From an uncultured Candidatus Rokubacteria bacterium (GTDB lineage: Bacteria; Methylomirabilota; Methylomirabilia; Rokubacteriales; CSP1-6), in the NCBI GenBank assembly GCA_963762145.1, contig CAVXJS010000009.1, forward strand, positions 800,001 to 864,000: a stretch of DNA of 64,000 nt, written 5' to 3'. This document shows positions 49,782 through 63,556 of the stretch, piece after piece. The notes beneath the pieces are model-generated. The model saw nothing but the letters and a program-made list of their open reading frames with translations. It ran no database searches and had not been told where the DNA came from. The translations under genes were made by a program, and so were the position numbers. Numbering within the stretch: position 1 is the stretch's first letter; each line of letters opens with the position of its first letter.

Positions 49782-50968
49782 CAGGCCGCCTCGTCGAGCG
49801 CGGCGACCCCCGGGAGCACCCGACCCTCGAGGAACTCGAGGAACGCGCCGCCCGCGGTGGAGACGTAGCCGATCCGGTCCATGACGCCCGCCTGCTGCAC
49901 TGCCGCGATCGTGTCGCCGCCCCCGATCACCGAGAACGCGCCGGAGTCCGCGACCGCGCGCCCCACTCCGAGCGTGCCCGCCGCGAACGGCTCCTTCTCG
50001 AAGACCCCCATCGGGCCGTTCCAGATGATGGTCCCGGCGCCCTTGAGGGCGGTGGCGAACTGGATGACCGTCGCGGGACCGATGTCGAGCCCCATCAGAT
50101 CCTCCGGGATCTCTCGGATGGCTACGGTGCGGAGGCCGGTCACCGCGTCCAGCCCCGAGGCCGCCACGACGTCCACCGGCAGCCGGAGCGGGATGCCGCG
50201 GGTGCGGGCCCGCTCCAGGATGGCGCGCGCAGCGTCCAGGCGGTCGGGCTCGAGCAGGGAGCGCCCGACGCCGTGGCCCATCGCCTTCAGGAAGGTGAAC
50301 GCCATGCCGCCGCCGATGGCGAGGCCGTCCACGCGATCGAGCAGGTGCTCGACCAGGCCGAGCTTGTCGGACACCTTGGCCCCGCCGAGCACGGCCCAGA
50401 GCGGGCGCTCGGGCCGCTCGAAGATGCGCTCGAGCGCGGCCAGCTCCCGCGCCATGAGCAGTCCCGCCGCCGCGGGCTTGAGATGGCGGGCGATGCCCTC
50501 GGTCGAGGCGTGGGCGCGATGGGCCGCCGCGAACGCGTCGTTGACGTAGACGTTCGCCAGCCCGGCGAGCGACCGCGCGAAGGCGTCGTCGTTGGCTTCC
50601 TCCTCGGCGTGAAAGCGCAGGTTCTCGAGAAGCACCACGTCACCCGGCCGGAGGGCGCGCGCGCGCTCCTCCACCTCCGGGCCCACGCAGTCCGGGAGCA
50701 GGGACACCGGGCGGCCCAGCAGCGCCTCGATCCGCTCGGCCACCGGACGCAGCGAGTACTTCGGATCGGGCTTGCCCTTGGGCCGCCCGAGATGAGAGGC
50801 GAGGATCAGCGCGGCGCCGCCCTCGAGGCAGCAGTCGATGGTGGGCCGCACCGCGGTGATCCGCGTGTCGTCAGTCACCCGCGCGCCGTCCAGGGGCACG
50901 TTGAAGTCGGCCCGCAGGAAGACGCGCTTCCCGGACAGGTCGAGCTGATCGACGACGAGCTTCGCCAC
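49781..50968 (-). CDS. pgk: Phosphoglycerate kinase
   Basis: DFNVP, SHLGRPKG, LENLRF, GGAKVSDK, WNGPMG. Confidence 0.97.
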   Translation of the reverse strand: MAKLVVDQLDLSGKRVFLRADFNVPLDGARVTDDTRITAVRPTIDCCLEGGAALILASHLGRPKGKPDPKYSLRPVAERIEALLGRPVSLLPDCVGPEVEERARALRPGDVVLLENLRFHAEEEANDDAFARSLAGLANVYVNDAFAAAHRAHASTEGIARHLKPAAAGLLMARELAALERIFERPERPLWAVLGGAKVSDKLGLVEHLLDRVDGLAIGGGMAFTFLKAMGHGVGRSLLEPDRLDAARAILERARTRGIPLRLPVDVVAASGLDAVTGLRTVAIREIPEDLMGLDIGPATVIQFATALKGAGTIIWNGPMGVFEKEPFAAGTLGVGRAVADSGAFSVIGGGDTIAAVQQAGVMDRIGYVSTAGGAFLEFLEGRVLPGVAALDEAA

Positions 50969-50996
50969 GGAGACGGCGGCGCGGCCGCGGGCCCGG

Positions 50997-52971
<1,975 letters not shown>

Positions 52972-53986
52972 CGGTCAACCCAGCGCGCGTGGGCGGCGCC
53001 GCACACCGTGCACCGGTGCGGCCATTCGATCCGATCGCTCTCGCGGAGCGCACGCCGGTACTCCTCCATCGCGTCCCGGAACTGTCCCCGCCGCTCGAGG
53101 ATCGCCCCGAGGTAGGCGTGGATGAGGGGCAGCTCGGGGGCGCGTACCTCCATCTTCTGGAATTGCTCCGCCGCCTCGTCGAGCATCGCGAGCTCGAAGT
53201 AGACACGGCCCAGCCCGAAGGCGAGCGCCAGGTTGTCGGGCTGGCGCGCGAGCGCGTCCTGGTAGAGCGAGATCATCCGCGTGGGCCGGCCCTCGGCCCG
53301 ATGCAGCTGCTCGATCCGCGAAAGCACCGGCAGAGCCGGGTGCGCAGCCTCGGCCGCCCGCTCCCAGACCCGCAGCGCCTCGCGCGGCTCGCCCGCCTTG
53401 AGATGCACCTCGCCCAGAAGCAGGGCCGCGGGGACGAAGTCGGGCTGGGTCCGGAGGGCGTCCTTCAGATGCGAAGCCGCGCCGGCCCGATCCCCCTTCT
53501 CGAGCCGCTCCCGGCCGATCTCGTAGTGCAGGCCCGCCAGCAGCGCACCCTCCGCCGCCCGCTCTTCCCGCGGGGCCGCCTGCACCACGCGCGCCTGGAT
53601 CTCGAGCGCCTCCGCGAAGCGCCGGCGCTCGATCAACGCGTCGCGCCCCGCCTGCGGGGCCGCGGGACGCGCGGGCTCGCGCGAAGCCTCCGGCTCGCGG
53701 ACGGGAGCGGCCGGCGCCGGACGCGGGGCGCTCTCGATCGGCTCGGGGCGCCGCGCGTAAGAGCGGGTGACGTCGCGCAGGATGCCGAGCAGCAGGGCCA
53801 GAGCCGCGCCCGCCCCGAACACGACCGCGATCAGGGCCATCAGGGGCATGTCGAAGGCCCAGTCGCCGCCGAGGGCGACGTGCACGCGACTGGGATTGAT
53901 GGAGGTCAGGTAGGTGACGACAATGGCGAAAAGAAGGCCGACGACGAGCCCGAGGCGGATCGACACGACGGAGCGGAGCGGCCGCG

Positions 53987-54352
53987 CTAGCGGGCCGCGG
54001 TGCGCTCTTCCTCTTCGATCGCGCGCTGGCACTCGATGCAGTAGCGCGCGTCCGGCACCGCGTCCAGGCGCTTGTCGGCGATCGGCTCGCCGCAGCGCTC
54101 GCAGTCCCCGAACCCGCCCTCGGTGATCTTCTGCAGCGCGAGCGCGACCTCCTTCAGCCTCCGGCGCTCGCCGTTGCCCAGCTCGAACAGGAACTCGCGA
54201 TTGTAGGCGGAAGAGGCCTGGTCACCCAGGTCCTTGATGGAATCGTCTTCGGGGCCCTTCCCATAGAGGACGTTCCGGCCCACCTCCTCCTCGAGCTGGC
54301 GATGCTTCTCCTCCAGCTTCTTCCGGAGCTGAACCAAACGGTCTTTCTTCAT
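53987..54352 (-). CDS. TraR/DksA family C4 zinc-finger protein
   Basis: DLGDQA coiled-coil tip, CERCGEPI..RL..P.ARYCIEC. Confidence 0.9.
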   Translation of the reverse strand: MKKDRLVQLRKKLEEKHRQLEEEVGRNVLYGKGPEDDSIKDLGDQASSAYNREFLFELGNGERRRLKEVALALQKITEGGFGDCERCGEPIADKRLDAVPDARYCIECQRAIEEEERTAAR

Positions 54353-54421
54353 CTCTGGCCTCCTATCGCTTCACGCGGCGTCGCCGCTAGTCGCGCAGGC
54401 TACCATGGGGTCCTACTCAAA

Positions 54422-54790
54422 TCAATCCCGGGCGCGCGCTCCCTCGACCGAGACGAGCGGCGCGTCCCCCCACAGCCGCTCCAGCGAGTAGAACCCGCGC
54501 GTTTCCTCGAGAAAGACGTGGATCACCACGTCGGCGTAGTCGAGGAGAAGCCAGCCGCTCTCCGCGCTGCCCTCGTTGTGCCGCGGCCGCACGCCCTCCG
54601 CGCGGAGCGCGCCGCGGACCGCGTCCGCGATGGTGTCGGCCTGCGGAGTCGATCGCGCGCTGCAGACGAGAAAGAAGTCGGCCACGCTCGACAGCCCCTC
54701 CAGGTTCAGCACCACCAGATCGATCGCCTTCTTCTCCAGGGCCGCGCGGGCGGCCACCCGGACCACGGCTTCGGCGGACAGGATGGCCAT
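54422..54790 (-). CDS. rsfS: Ribosome silencing factor
   Basis: EKKAIDL, DFFLVCS, WLLLDYADVVIHVF, FYSLERLW. Confidence 0.93.
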   Translation of the reverse strand: MAILSAEAVVRVAARAALEKKAIDLVVLNLEGLSSVADFFLVCSARSTPQADTIADAVRGALRAEGVRPRHNEGSAESGWLLLDYADVVIHVFLEETRGFYSLERLWGDAPLVSVEGARARD

Positions 54791-55437
54791 CAGGCCTCCG
54801 GACGGTAGAGGTGCTGGTCGCGGATGTAGGACACCACCGCCTCCGGCATGCGGAAGGCGAGGCTCCGGCCCTCGCGAGCGCGCCGGCGCAGGTCCGAGCC
54901 CGAGATGGGCAGGGACGCGGCGTGCAACAGCATCGGGGCCGGATCGTCCTGAGGCTCGACCCCGGCGCGCACGAAGCCGGGCAGGCCGAGCTCGCGCATC
55001 ACCTTGAGCGCGGCGGGGGTCTCCGGGTCGAACGCCATCCCGTTGCGCGGGATCACCACCAGGCGCGCGAGCGCCGCGACCCGCCGCGGCTCGCGCCAGC
55101 TCAGCAGATCCAGGAACGTCTCGGATCCGATGACGAGGTGGAGCCGTCCCCGGTCCTGCAGCGCGGCCAGGGTGTCCACCGTGTAGGACGGGCCGCTCCG
55201 CTTGATCTCGACGTCGGAGACCTCGAAGCGCGGGTGCTCGCGGACCGCGAGCGCGGTCATCCGGTACCGATGGGCCGCCGGCGCCAGCTCGGCCGCCGGC
55301 TTGTGAGGCGGCTGCGCCGCCGGCACCAGGAGCAGGCGATCGAGGGCAAGCGACTCGCAGACTTCGTCGGCCACGAGGAGGTGGCCGAAGTGGATCGGGT
55401 TGAACGATCCACCGAAGACGCCGACGCGCGGCTGCAG
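54790..55437 (-). CDS. nadD: Nicotinate-nucleotide adenylyltransferase
   Basis: RVGVFGGSFNPIHFGH lies in frame upstream of the track start; PPHK, SYTVDTL, ISGSDLR; candidate CTG start at 55437. Confidence 0.92.
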   Translation of the reverse strand: MQPRVGVFGGSFNPIHFGHLLVADEVCESLALDRLLLVPAAQPPHKPAAELAPAAHRYRMTALAVREHPRFEVSDVEIKRSGPSYTVDTLAALQDRGRLHLVIGSETFLDLLSWREPRRVAALARLVVIPRNGMAFDPETPAALKVMRELGLPGFVRAGVEPQDDPAPMLLHAASLPISGSDLRRRAREGRSLAFRMPEAVVSYIRDQHLYRPEA

Positions 55438-55441
55438 GCGG

Positions 55442-56715
55442 CTACTCCCGGATATGCCCGTCGCCCCACACCACGAACTTGGTGGTGGTCAGCTCGCGCA
55501 CCCCGACCGGTCCCCGGGCGTGAACGCGGGAGGTGGAAATGCCCATCTCGGCGCCCATCCCGAACTGGCTGCCATCCACGAGCCGCGTCGACGCGTTGAC
55601 CAGCACCGCCGCCGCGTCCACCTCCTGGGTGAACCGCCGGGCGCGCCGCAGGTCACGGGTGACGATGGATTCGGCCAGTCCCGAGCCGTGCCGCCGGATG
55701 TGGGCGACCGCGTCCTCGAAGCTCTCCACCACCCGCACCGCCAGGACGTAGTCGAGATACTCGGTGTCCCAGTCCGCGGGCTCGGCCGGGCGGGCGCCGG
55801 GCATGAGGGCCCGGGCCGCCGTGTCCGCGCGCGTCTCGACGCCCGCCTCCGCGAGCCGGGCGGCCAGCCGCGGCAGGAACGCGGGCGCGACGGCCGCGTG
55901 CACGAGCAGGGTCTCCAGCGCGTTGCAGACGCTGACCCGCTGGGCCTTCGCGTTGACCGCCACCGCCACCGCCATGTCGAGATCCGCGCTCTCGTCCACG
56001 TACAGGTGGCAGAGCCCCTTGTCGTGCTTGAGCACCGGGACCGTCGAGCGCTCCGCGACGAGCCGCACGAACTCCTCGCCCCCGCGCGGGATGATGAGGT
56101 CGAGGTAGCGGTCGAGCGTCAGCATCGCCAGCACCGCGGCGCGGTCCGCCGTCTCCACCGCCTGGATGATCTCGGGCGGCAGGCCCGCCTTTTCCACCGC
56201 CCGGGCCAGGATCTGGGCCAGCATCATGTTAGACTCCAGGGCCTCGCTCCCGCCGCGCAGCAGCACCGCGTTGCCCGACTTGAGACAGAGGCCGGCCGCG
56301 TCGGCGGTCACGTTCGGACGCGACTCGTAGATGAAGCCGATGACCCCCAGGGGAACGCGCACGCGCGCGATCTCGAGGCCGGAGGGTCGGCGCGAGGTCT
56401 CGACGGTCTCGCCCACCGGATCGGGGAGGCCGGCCACGTGGCGCAGGCCCGCCGCCATCTCCTCGATGCGACTCTCGGTGAGCGTGAGGCGATCCACGAA
56501 GGCGCGGGGGTGGCCCGCGGTGCGGGCGCGCTCCAGATCCTGCCGGTTGGCCTCCAGGATCGCCCCCGACTTCTCCTCGAGGCCGCGCGCCATCTGGGCG
56601 AGGGCCTCGTTCTTGGTCCGGGTCGGCGCCAGCGCGAGCACCCGCGCCGCGTCCTTGGCCGCCCGGGCCTTCGCTTCCACGTGTGCCGCCGCGTCCATGG
56701 TCCCTCTCCCCACGC

Positions 56716-56719
<4 letters not shown>
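55442..56719 (-). CDS. proA: Gamma-glutamyl phosphate reductase
   Basis: IYESRPNVT, IPRGG, VCNALET, NASTRL, EMGIST, HARGP. Confidence 0.96.
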
Positions 56720-58868
<2,149 letters not shown>

Positions 58869-59129
58869 TCAGGCGGTCTGCTGCTGGGCGATGCTGATGT
58901 ACTTGTCGTCGCCCTTGCGCTCGAACTTCACGTAGCCGTCGGCCTTGGCGAACAGCGTGTGGTCCACGCCCAGGCCCACGTTGGTGCCCGGCTTGAACCG
59001 GGTCCCGCGCTGCCGGACGAGGATGCTGCCGGCGGTGACGAACTGCCCGCCGAAGCGCTTCACCCCCAGCATCTGGGGATTGGAATCGCGACCGTTCCTC
59101 GAGCTGCCGACACCCTTCTTGTGCGCCAT
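58869..59129 (-). CDS. rpmA: 50S ribosomal protein L27
   Basis: [16 protein letters not shown]. Confidence 0.97.
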   Translation of the reverse strand: MAHKKGVGSSRNGRDSNPQMLGVKRFGGQFVTAGSILVRQRGTRFKPGTNVGLGVDHTLFAKADGYVKFERKGDDKYISIAQQQTA

Positions 59130-59132
59130 GGC

Positions 59133-59444
59133 CTAGACCTCGATCTTGGTGATGCGCACCGCGGTCATGGTCTGCCGATGCCCGCGGTGACGCCGGTAGT
59201 TCTTCCGCCGCTTGAACTTCACGACCAGGACCTTGGCGCCTCGACGCTCGGCCACCACCTCGCCGGTGACCTTGGCCGAGGCGAGCGCCTTCGAATCGAT
59301 CGTCACCTGCCCGTCCTGGTTGACCAGGAGGACCTCGGTGAACTCCACCGCGGCGCCCTTGTCCTTGCCCAGCCGCTCGACCCGGATCACCTGCCCCGGA
59401 GCCACGCGATACTGCTTGCCTCCTGTCGCGATCACCGCTTCCAT
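59133..59444 (-). CDS. rplU: 50S ribosomal protein L21
   Basis: [24 protein letters not shown]. Confidence 0.97.
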   Translation of the reverse strand: MEAVIATGGKQYRVAPGQVIRVERLGKDKGAAVEFTEVLLVNQDGQVTIDSKALASAKVTGEVVAERRGAKVLVVKFKRRKNYRRHRGHRQTMTAVRITKIEV

Positions 59445-59612
59445 GCCGACGACCTTTCTATCCCCTGCTGCGGTTCGTGGTCCAGTTCGTGTGGCCGGTT
59501 CGTGAATGCCGCTCGTGGGATGCCACTGCGTCCGTCGCGTAGACTTGCCGCGAGCGCCTATCTGACCATAGGCGCGGGCCGAAAGTCAAGCCGGACGGGG
59601 CTTTAGGCGCCC

Positions 59613-60254
59613 TCAGGCCGTCTTCATGTAGTCGCCAAGCTTCTGGCGCAGGAACAACCGCGAGCGGTGAACGCGCGACTTCACGGCGGGCAGGCTGATG
59701 TGCAGCGTCTCGGCGATCTCCGGGTTCGAGAGCCCTTCCACGTCGTGCAGCAGGAACGCGGTCCGGTAGTCTCCCGGCAGATCGTCGATGGCGGTGGTCA
59801 GCAGCTTGCGGAGCTCGGTCTGGAGCGCGGGCTCCTCGGTACGGCCCGACCAGTCGCGCACCGGCTCCGCGTGCTGGCCGAGCTCGTCGAAGCCGGGCGT
59901 GAGCGCGTCCCAGGAGATCTCGTTGCGCTGGCCGTGCCGGCTGCGGAGCTTCTGGTAGGCCGCGTTCGCGGTGATGCGGTAGACCCAGCTGCCGAAGGCC
60001 GACTCGCCCTTGAAGGTATCGATCTTGCGGGCGGCGGTCCAGAGCGCGTCCTGCACCACTTCCTCCGCGTCCTGCTCGTTGCTCGTGATGCGGATGGCCA
60101 GCCGGTAGACCCGGTCGCCGTAGGTGGCGATCAGCTCTTCCGGCGCGCCGGGCTCCTGCGCGCGCAGGCGCGCCACCAGCTCGGCGTCCCGATCCACCTT
60201 CTTCGGGCCTCCCGCGGTGTCCTGATGTCCGTTCGGTGCGTGCAGCGTCGTCAT
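59613..60254 (-). CDS. ECF RNA polymerase sigma factor
   Basis: DAEEVVQD, FGSWVYRITAN, EGLSNPEIAETL..VKSRVHRSR; ATG overlaps the TetR stop (ATGA). Confidence 0.92.
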   Translation of the reverse strand: MTTLHAPNGHQDTAGGPKKVDRDAELVARLRAQEPGAPEELIATYGDRVYRLAIRITSNEQDAEEVVQDALWTAARKIDTFKGESAFGSWVYRITANAAYQKLRSRHGQRNEISWDALTPGFDELGQHAEPVRDWSGRTEEPALQTELRKLLTTAIDDLPGDYRTAFLLHDVEGLSNPEIAETLHISLPAVKSRVHRSRLFLRQKLGDYMKTA

Positions 60255-60907
60255 GCTCGGTTCCTGTAGAGCGTGAGGTGCGCCTTCAGCTCCTCGACGC
60301 ATCGTTCGATGACCGTGATGTCCCGGGTGACCTTGCCCAGGAGAATGGCGCCCTCGAGTCCTCCCACGAGGAATTGCGCCACCCGCGCGGCGTCCGCGTC
60401 CGCGCGGAGCCGGCCGCTTCGCTGGCCTCGGCGAATCGCCTCCGCGAGATGGTCGCGGTAGACGTCGAAGATGCCGGCGAGCTGCTGGCGGAAGCCCTCG
60501 TGCACGTCGGAGAGCTCGGAGGCGAGATTGCCCATCGCGCAGCCGCCCACGCAGTTGCGCTGCCGCTGCGAATCGAGCACCCGATCGAAGAACGCGTGGA
60601 GCTGGTCGACGGGATCGGCCTCCGCGTCCTGGAAGGCGGGCCCCAGGCCCCGCTCGATGAAGGCGCGCCGGATTCGATCGATGATCGCGTAGCCGAGGTC
60701 TTCCTTGCTCTTGAAGTAGTAGTAGAAGTTGCCCTTGCCGACGCCGCTCTCGCGCAGCACGTCGTCGAGCGAGGTGGACTGGTAGCCCTGCACGTGGATG
60801 AGGCGGGACGCCGCGTTGAGGATCTGATCGCGGGTCGCGGCGCCCTTCTGGCTCTTGGTCTCGGGCTGGGGCTTGACCTCGCTGACTACCGCGCTCTCGC
60901 TTGCCAT
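60251..60907 (-). CDS. TetR/AcrR family regulator (NemR/LmrA-like C-terminus)
   Basis: GVGKGNFYYYFKSKEDL HTH; NCVGGCAMGNLASEL. Confidence 0.92.
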   Translation of the reverse strand: MASESAVVSEVKPQPETKSQKGAATRDQILNAASRLIHVQGYQSTSLDDVLRESGVGKGNFYYYFKSKEDLGYAIIDRIRRAFIERGLGPAFQDAEADPVDQLHAFFDRVLDSQRQRNCVGGCAMGNLASELSDVHEGFRQQLAGIFDVYRDHLAEAIRRGQRSGRLRADADAARVAQFLVGGLEGAILLGKVTRDITVIERCVEELKAHLTLYRNRA

Positions 60908-60929
60908 CGTCTCGCTCCTGTTTGGGCTA

Positions 60930-60945
60930 TACCGACCAGTCGGTA
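60930..60945. promoter_or_regulatory. Putative TetR operator taccgac-ca-gtcggta
   Basis: Perfect 7-bp inverted repeat between the -10 box and the TetR start. Confidence 0.75.
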
Positions 60946-60949
60946 CAGA

Positions 60950-60978
60950 ATAGTAGCGGGCGGTTGACCGCTTGTCAA
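60950..60978 (-). promoter_or_regulatory. sigma70 promoter of tetR-ECF sigma
   Basis: TTGACA-17 bp-TACTAT. Confidence 0.7.
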
Positions 60979-61015
60979 ATACTCCACTTAATTCTTAATT
61001 CGATAATCTCGGCAG

Positions 61016-61909
61016 TCACTTACCGTCCGACAGCGAGAGCAGCTTCAGCAAGTCGGCGGTCAGGTCATAGAGCTGAGCACATCCAGAGCCTCCACCGAGC
61101 GAGGTCTGGATCTTCTTGCGGAGCAGCGCGTCAACCGGCTGGTCCAGGAGCGACCGGATCTTGCCCTGGGGCTCGCCGCAGATTCCGGCGTACGGCAGCC
61201 GCGAGGTCACCGAGTCGGCGGCCACCACGGTGCCCCGATCCAGGTCCAGCTCGTAGTGCAGGTCGAAGCCGTGCACGTTGTCGTGCATCGAGTGGAAGAG
61301 GTGCAGGCGCCGATCGGTGAGCACCAGCCGCGCGACCTTCTTCCTCGCGAACACCTTCCGGGCGCCGGGCGGCGGGGAATACAGCGTGGCCACCATCGGG
61401 GTGGTGACCGGCCGGGTTCCGAAGAGGGCGCGGCCGGCCTCACTGTACGTGAAGCAGGAGTCGGGCAGGTCCACCCAGCCCGTCGTGTCGAGCCGCCAGC
61501 ACGCGAGGGCATCGGTCGGGTCGAGCGCGGAGGTGACCGCCGCGGGCAGCTTGGTGACCTGGCGGGCCAGCCGGGCCACCTCGATACCCGCGTCGACGAA
61601 CAACCCGGCGCCCCTTCGGCCGCCACACAGCTCGGCGAGGCGCCTGGTGAAGCCGCCCACCATGCGCGTGCCCGCCAGCCCCGGGAAATCCGCGGCGATA
61701 CTCGCATCGACCCCCGCCAGCGGACGAGCGGTTGCGGCCTGGACCTCGTAACCGGGCGACGGGGTCGCGACCAGGCTGACCTCGACGCCGCCGTCCGGAT
61801 CGTTGATCCGCACGGTGTGGGTGAAGGCGGTGTCGTGGGTGTTGTCCACCCACCCCTCCATCACCCGCTCGTACCGGTCGCGCCCGGCGAGGAACGGCGA
61901 CCCGATCAC
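61016..61909 (-). CDS. Hypothetical protein with DUF2889-like domain(s)
   Basis: C-terminal half DNVHGFDL..RLPYAGIC..LGGGSGCAQLYDL; N-terminal half looks like a degenerate repeat; internal DSCFTY. Confidence 0.65.
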   Translation of the reverse strand: MIGSPFLAGRDRYERVMEGWVDNTHDTAFTHTVRINDPDGGVEVSLVATPSPGYEVQAATARPLAGVDASIAADFPGLAGTRMVGGFTRRLAELCGGRRGAGLFVDAGIEVARLARQVTKLPAAVTSALDPTDALACWRLDTTGWVDLPDSCFTYSEAGRALFGTRPVTTPMVATLYSPPPGARKVFARKKVARLVLTDRRLHLFHSMHDNVHGFDLHYELDLDRGTVVAADSVTSRLPYAGICGEPQGKIRSLLDQPVDALLRKKIQTSLGGGSGCAQLYDLTADLLKLLSLSDGK

Positions 61910-62052
61910 TTACGGAGATATTTCCCGGGATCGGCGTCGAACCGGGTCTTGCAGCCGACCGCGCAGAAGTAATACGTCTGCCCCTGGTGCTGCGACTGCG
62001 CCGCCGCGTGCTTCGGGTCCACGTCCATCTGACAGACCGGATCCTTGGCCAT
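61906..62052 (-). CDS. YHS domain small protein (48 aa)
   Basis: Manual translation MAKDPVCQMDVDPKHAAAQSQHQGQTYYFCAVGCKTRFDADPGKYLRK; RBS AAGGAG; below the ORF track cutoff. Confidence 0.9.
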   Translation of the reverse strand: MAKDPVCQMDVDPKHAAAQSQHQGQTYYFCAVGCKTRFDADPGKYLRK

Positions 62053-62103
62053 CGTGGTCGCTCCTTTCAGCGGGAATGGGTAGCCGGATCGAGCATACCG
62101 CTC

Positions 62104-62382
62104 CTAGCGTCCGGAGAACCGGGAGAAGACGTCGAGGAGCTCGTCCATCTTCCGCTGGCGATCGCGCGTGCTCGGGGCGCGGACCGCCTCCGCGACACAC
62201 ACCTCGAGGTGCTGACCGAGCAGGAGCTTCTGCACCTGCTCCACCGCGCCCTGGACCGCGGCGAGCTGCAGCAAGATGTCCACGCAGGACTTGTCCTCCT
62301 CGACCATCCGCTGGATCCCCTGCACCTGGCCTTCGATCCGGCGCAGCCGGCCCAGCGCCTTTGCGGTCGTCTGACTCTCCAT
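62104..62382 (-). CDS. CsoR/RcnR family metal-sensing repressor
   Basis: RLRRIEGQVQGIQRMVEED, SCVDILLQ, HLEVCV (C-H-C ligands). Confidence 0.9.
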   Translation of the reverse strand: MESQTTAKALGRLRRIEGQVQGIQRMVEEDKSCVDILLQLAAVQGAVEQVQKLLLGQHLEVCVAEAVRAPSTRDRQRKMDELLDVFSRFSGR

Positions 62383-62393
62383 CGTTCGTGTCC

Positions 62394-63149
62394 TCAGGCC
62401 GGCCGGCGGTGCCAGAGCATGCGCAGCACCCAGTACCCGGCGAGCGCGGCCAGCAGATGTTTGAGCGTGTGCCCGCTGACCACGCGGGTCGCCGAGAGAA
62501 TCCACCCGTCCAGGAGCTCCGGCCCCTTGGCCGCCGTGTAGGTCGCCGCCGCGGCCAGGAGCGCGCCCCCGCGCGTGTAGCGCGGCGGAAGCCACCACAG
62601 CATCAGCGGGATTGCCACGACGGGATAGAACTGGACCAGCGCGTACGGGCGCAGGTCGCCCGCGCCGCGCTGCTCGGTCCAGTGCCAGTAGACGACGGAG
62701 CCCACCGCGATCGCGACGAGCGGACCCAGCAGCCACGAGCCCGCCTTCACCCCGATCCGCTCGGTGATGGTGGCGGCGAGAAGACCCATCAGGGTGATCG
62801 CCAGCGGCAGCCGGTCCCACGCCAGCCGCGCGTTGCCGGGCTCCCAGTGATAGTAGGCGGAGCCGACACCGGTCAGGACCAGGCCCCCGAAGAAGACGAC
62901 GTACGGCCACCGCTCGGCCGGCTCCTGGAAGGCGCGGCCGCCCGCGACGAACGCCACGCCCAGCCCCCCGACCAGGAGAAAGCCCACGTTGGACAGCACG
63001 TTCAGGACATTGGGGATGCCGAGCCACGAACGGGTATCCGCCAGGTGGTGGTAGGCGGGATCCTGGGGAATCGGCGGGACCAGCAGGAAGGCCGCGGCGG
63101 CCAGCCCCGCGAGCCCTCCGATCAGCCCGATCGCGCTCTGCCGTCGCAT
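62394..63149 (-). CDS. Alkaline phytoceramidase-like (CREST superfamily) membrane protein
   Basis: PQDPAYH.LAD, NVLSN, GSAYYH, WDRLP, SGHTLKH; about 7 TM helices. Confidence 0.8.
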   Translation of the reverse strand: MRRQSAIGLIGGLAGLAAAAFLLVPPIPQDPAYHHLADTRSWLGIPNVLNVLSNVGFLLVGGLGVAFVAGGRAFQEPAERWPYVVFFGGLVLTGVGSAYYHWEPGNARLAWDRLPLAITLMGLLAATITERIGVKAGSWLLGPLVAIAVGSVVYWHWTEQRGAGDLRPYALVQFYPVVAIPLMLWWLPPRYTRGGALLAAAATYTAAKGPELLDGWILSATRVVSGHTLKHLLAALAGYWVLRMLWHRRPA

Positions 63150-63189
63150 CCGCCCTCCCAGCTTATACCCGAGGCGAGTCGGCGCGGGG

Positions 63190-63540
63190 TCAGAGCTCGG
63201 GGAACAGGGAGGCTTGAGCGGCGGCCGCCGCCGGGCGCGGGCGGCGGCCGACCCGGCGTTCGGCGGCCCGCTTTGGCTTCGGCTTGCGCGGCTCTCGCGG
63301 GATCTTCACCCACCCCTTCTGGTGCGCGATCTTGTCGCCCTGCTTGATCACGGTCAGGTCCACGAGGCGCGCGAGGGGATGCGTCAGGAGCTGCATGTAC
63401 TTCTGCCAGTATCGGGGCGAGTACGCCCACGTCTTCATCTGGTCGACCGCGAGCGTCAACGCCGCGCGATCGCCCTTCTTGGCGGCGAGCCGGAGCTGCC
63501 CGACGATGACGCTGCGGCTGATGCGAGAGGGTCGCGTCAC
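63190..63540 (-). CDS. Hypothetical basic protein
   Basis: Host-like codon usage; co-oriented and tightly packed after RNase E/G. Confidence 0.6.
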   Translation of the reverse strand: MTRPSRISRSVIVGQLRLAAKKGDRAALTLAVDQMKTWAYSPRYWQKYMQLLTHPLARLVDLTVIKQGDKIAHQKGWVKIPREPRKPKPKRAAERRVGRRPRPAAAAAQASLFPEL

Positions 63541-63556
63541 GGGTCTCGCCGTAGCA

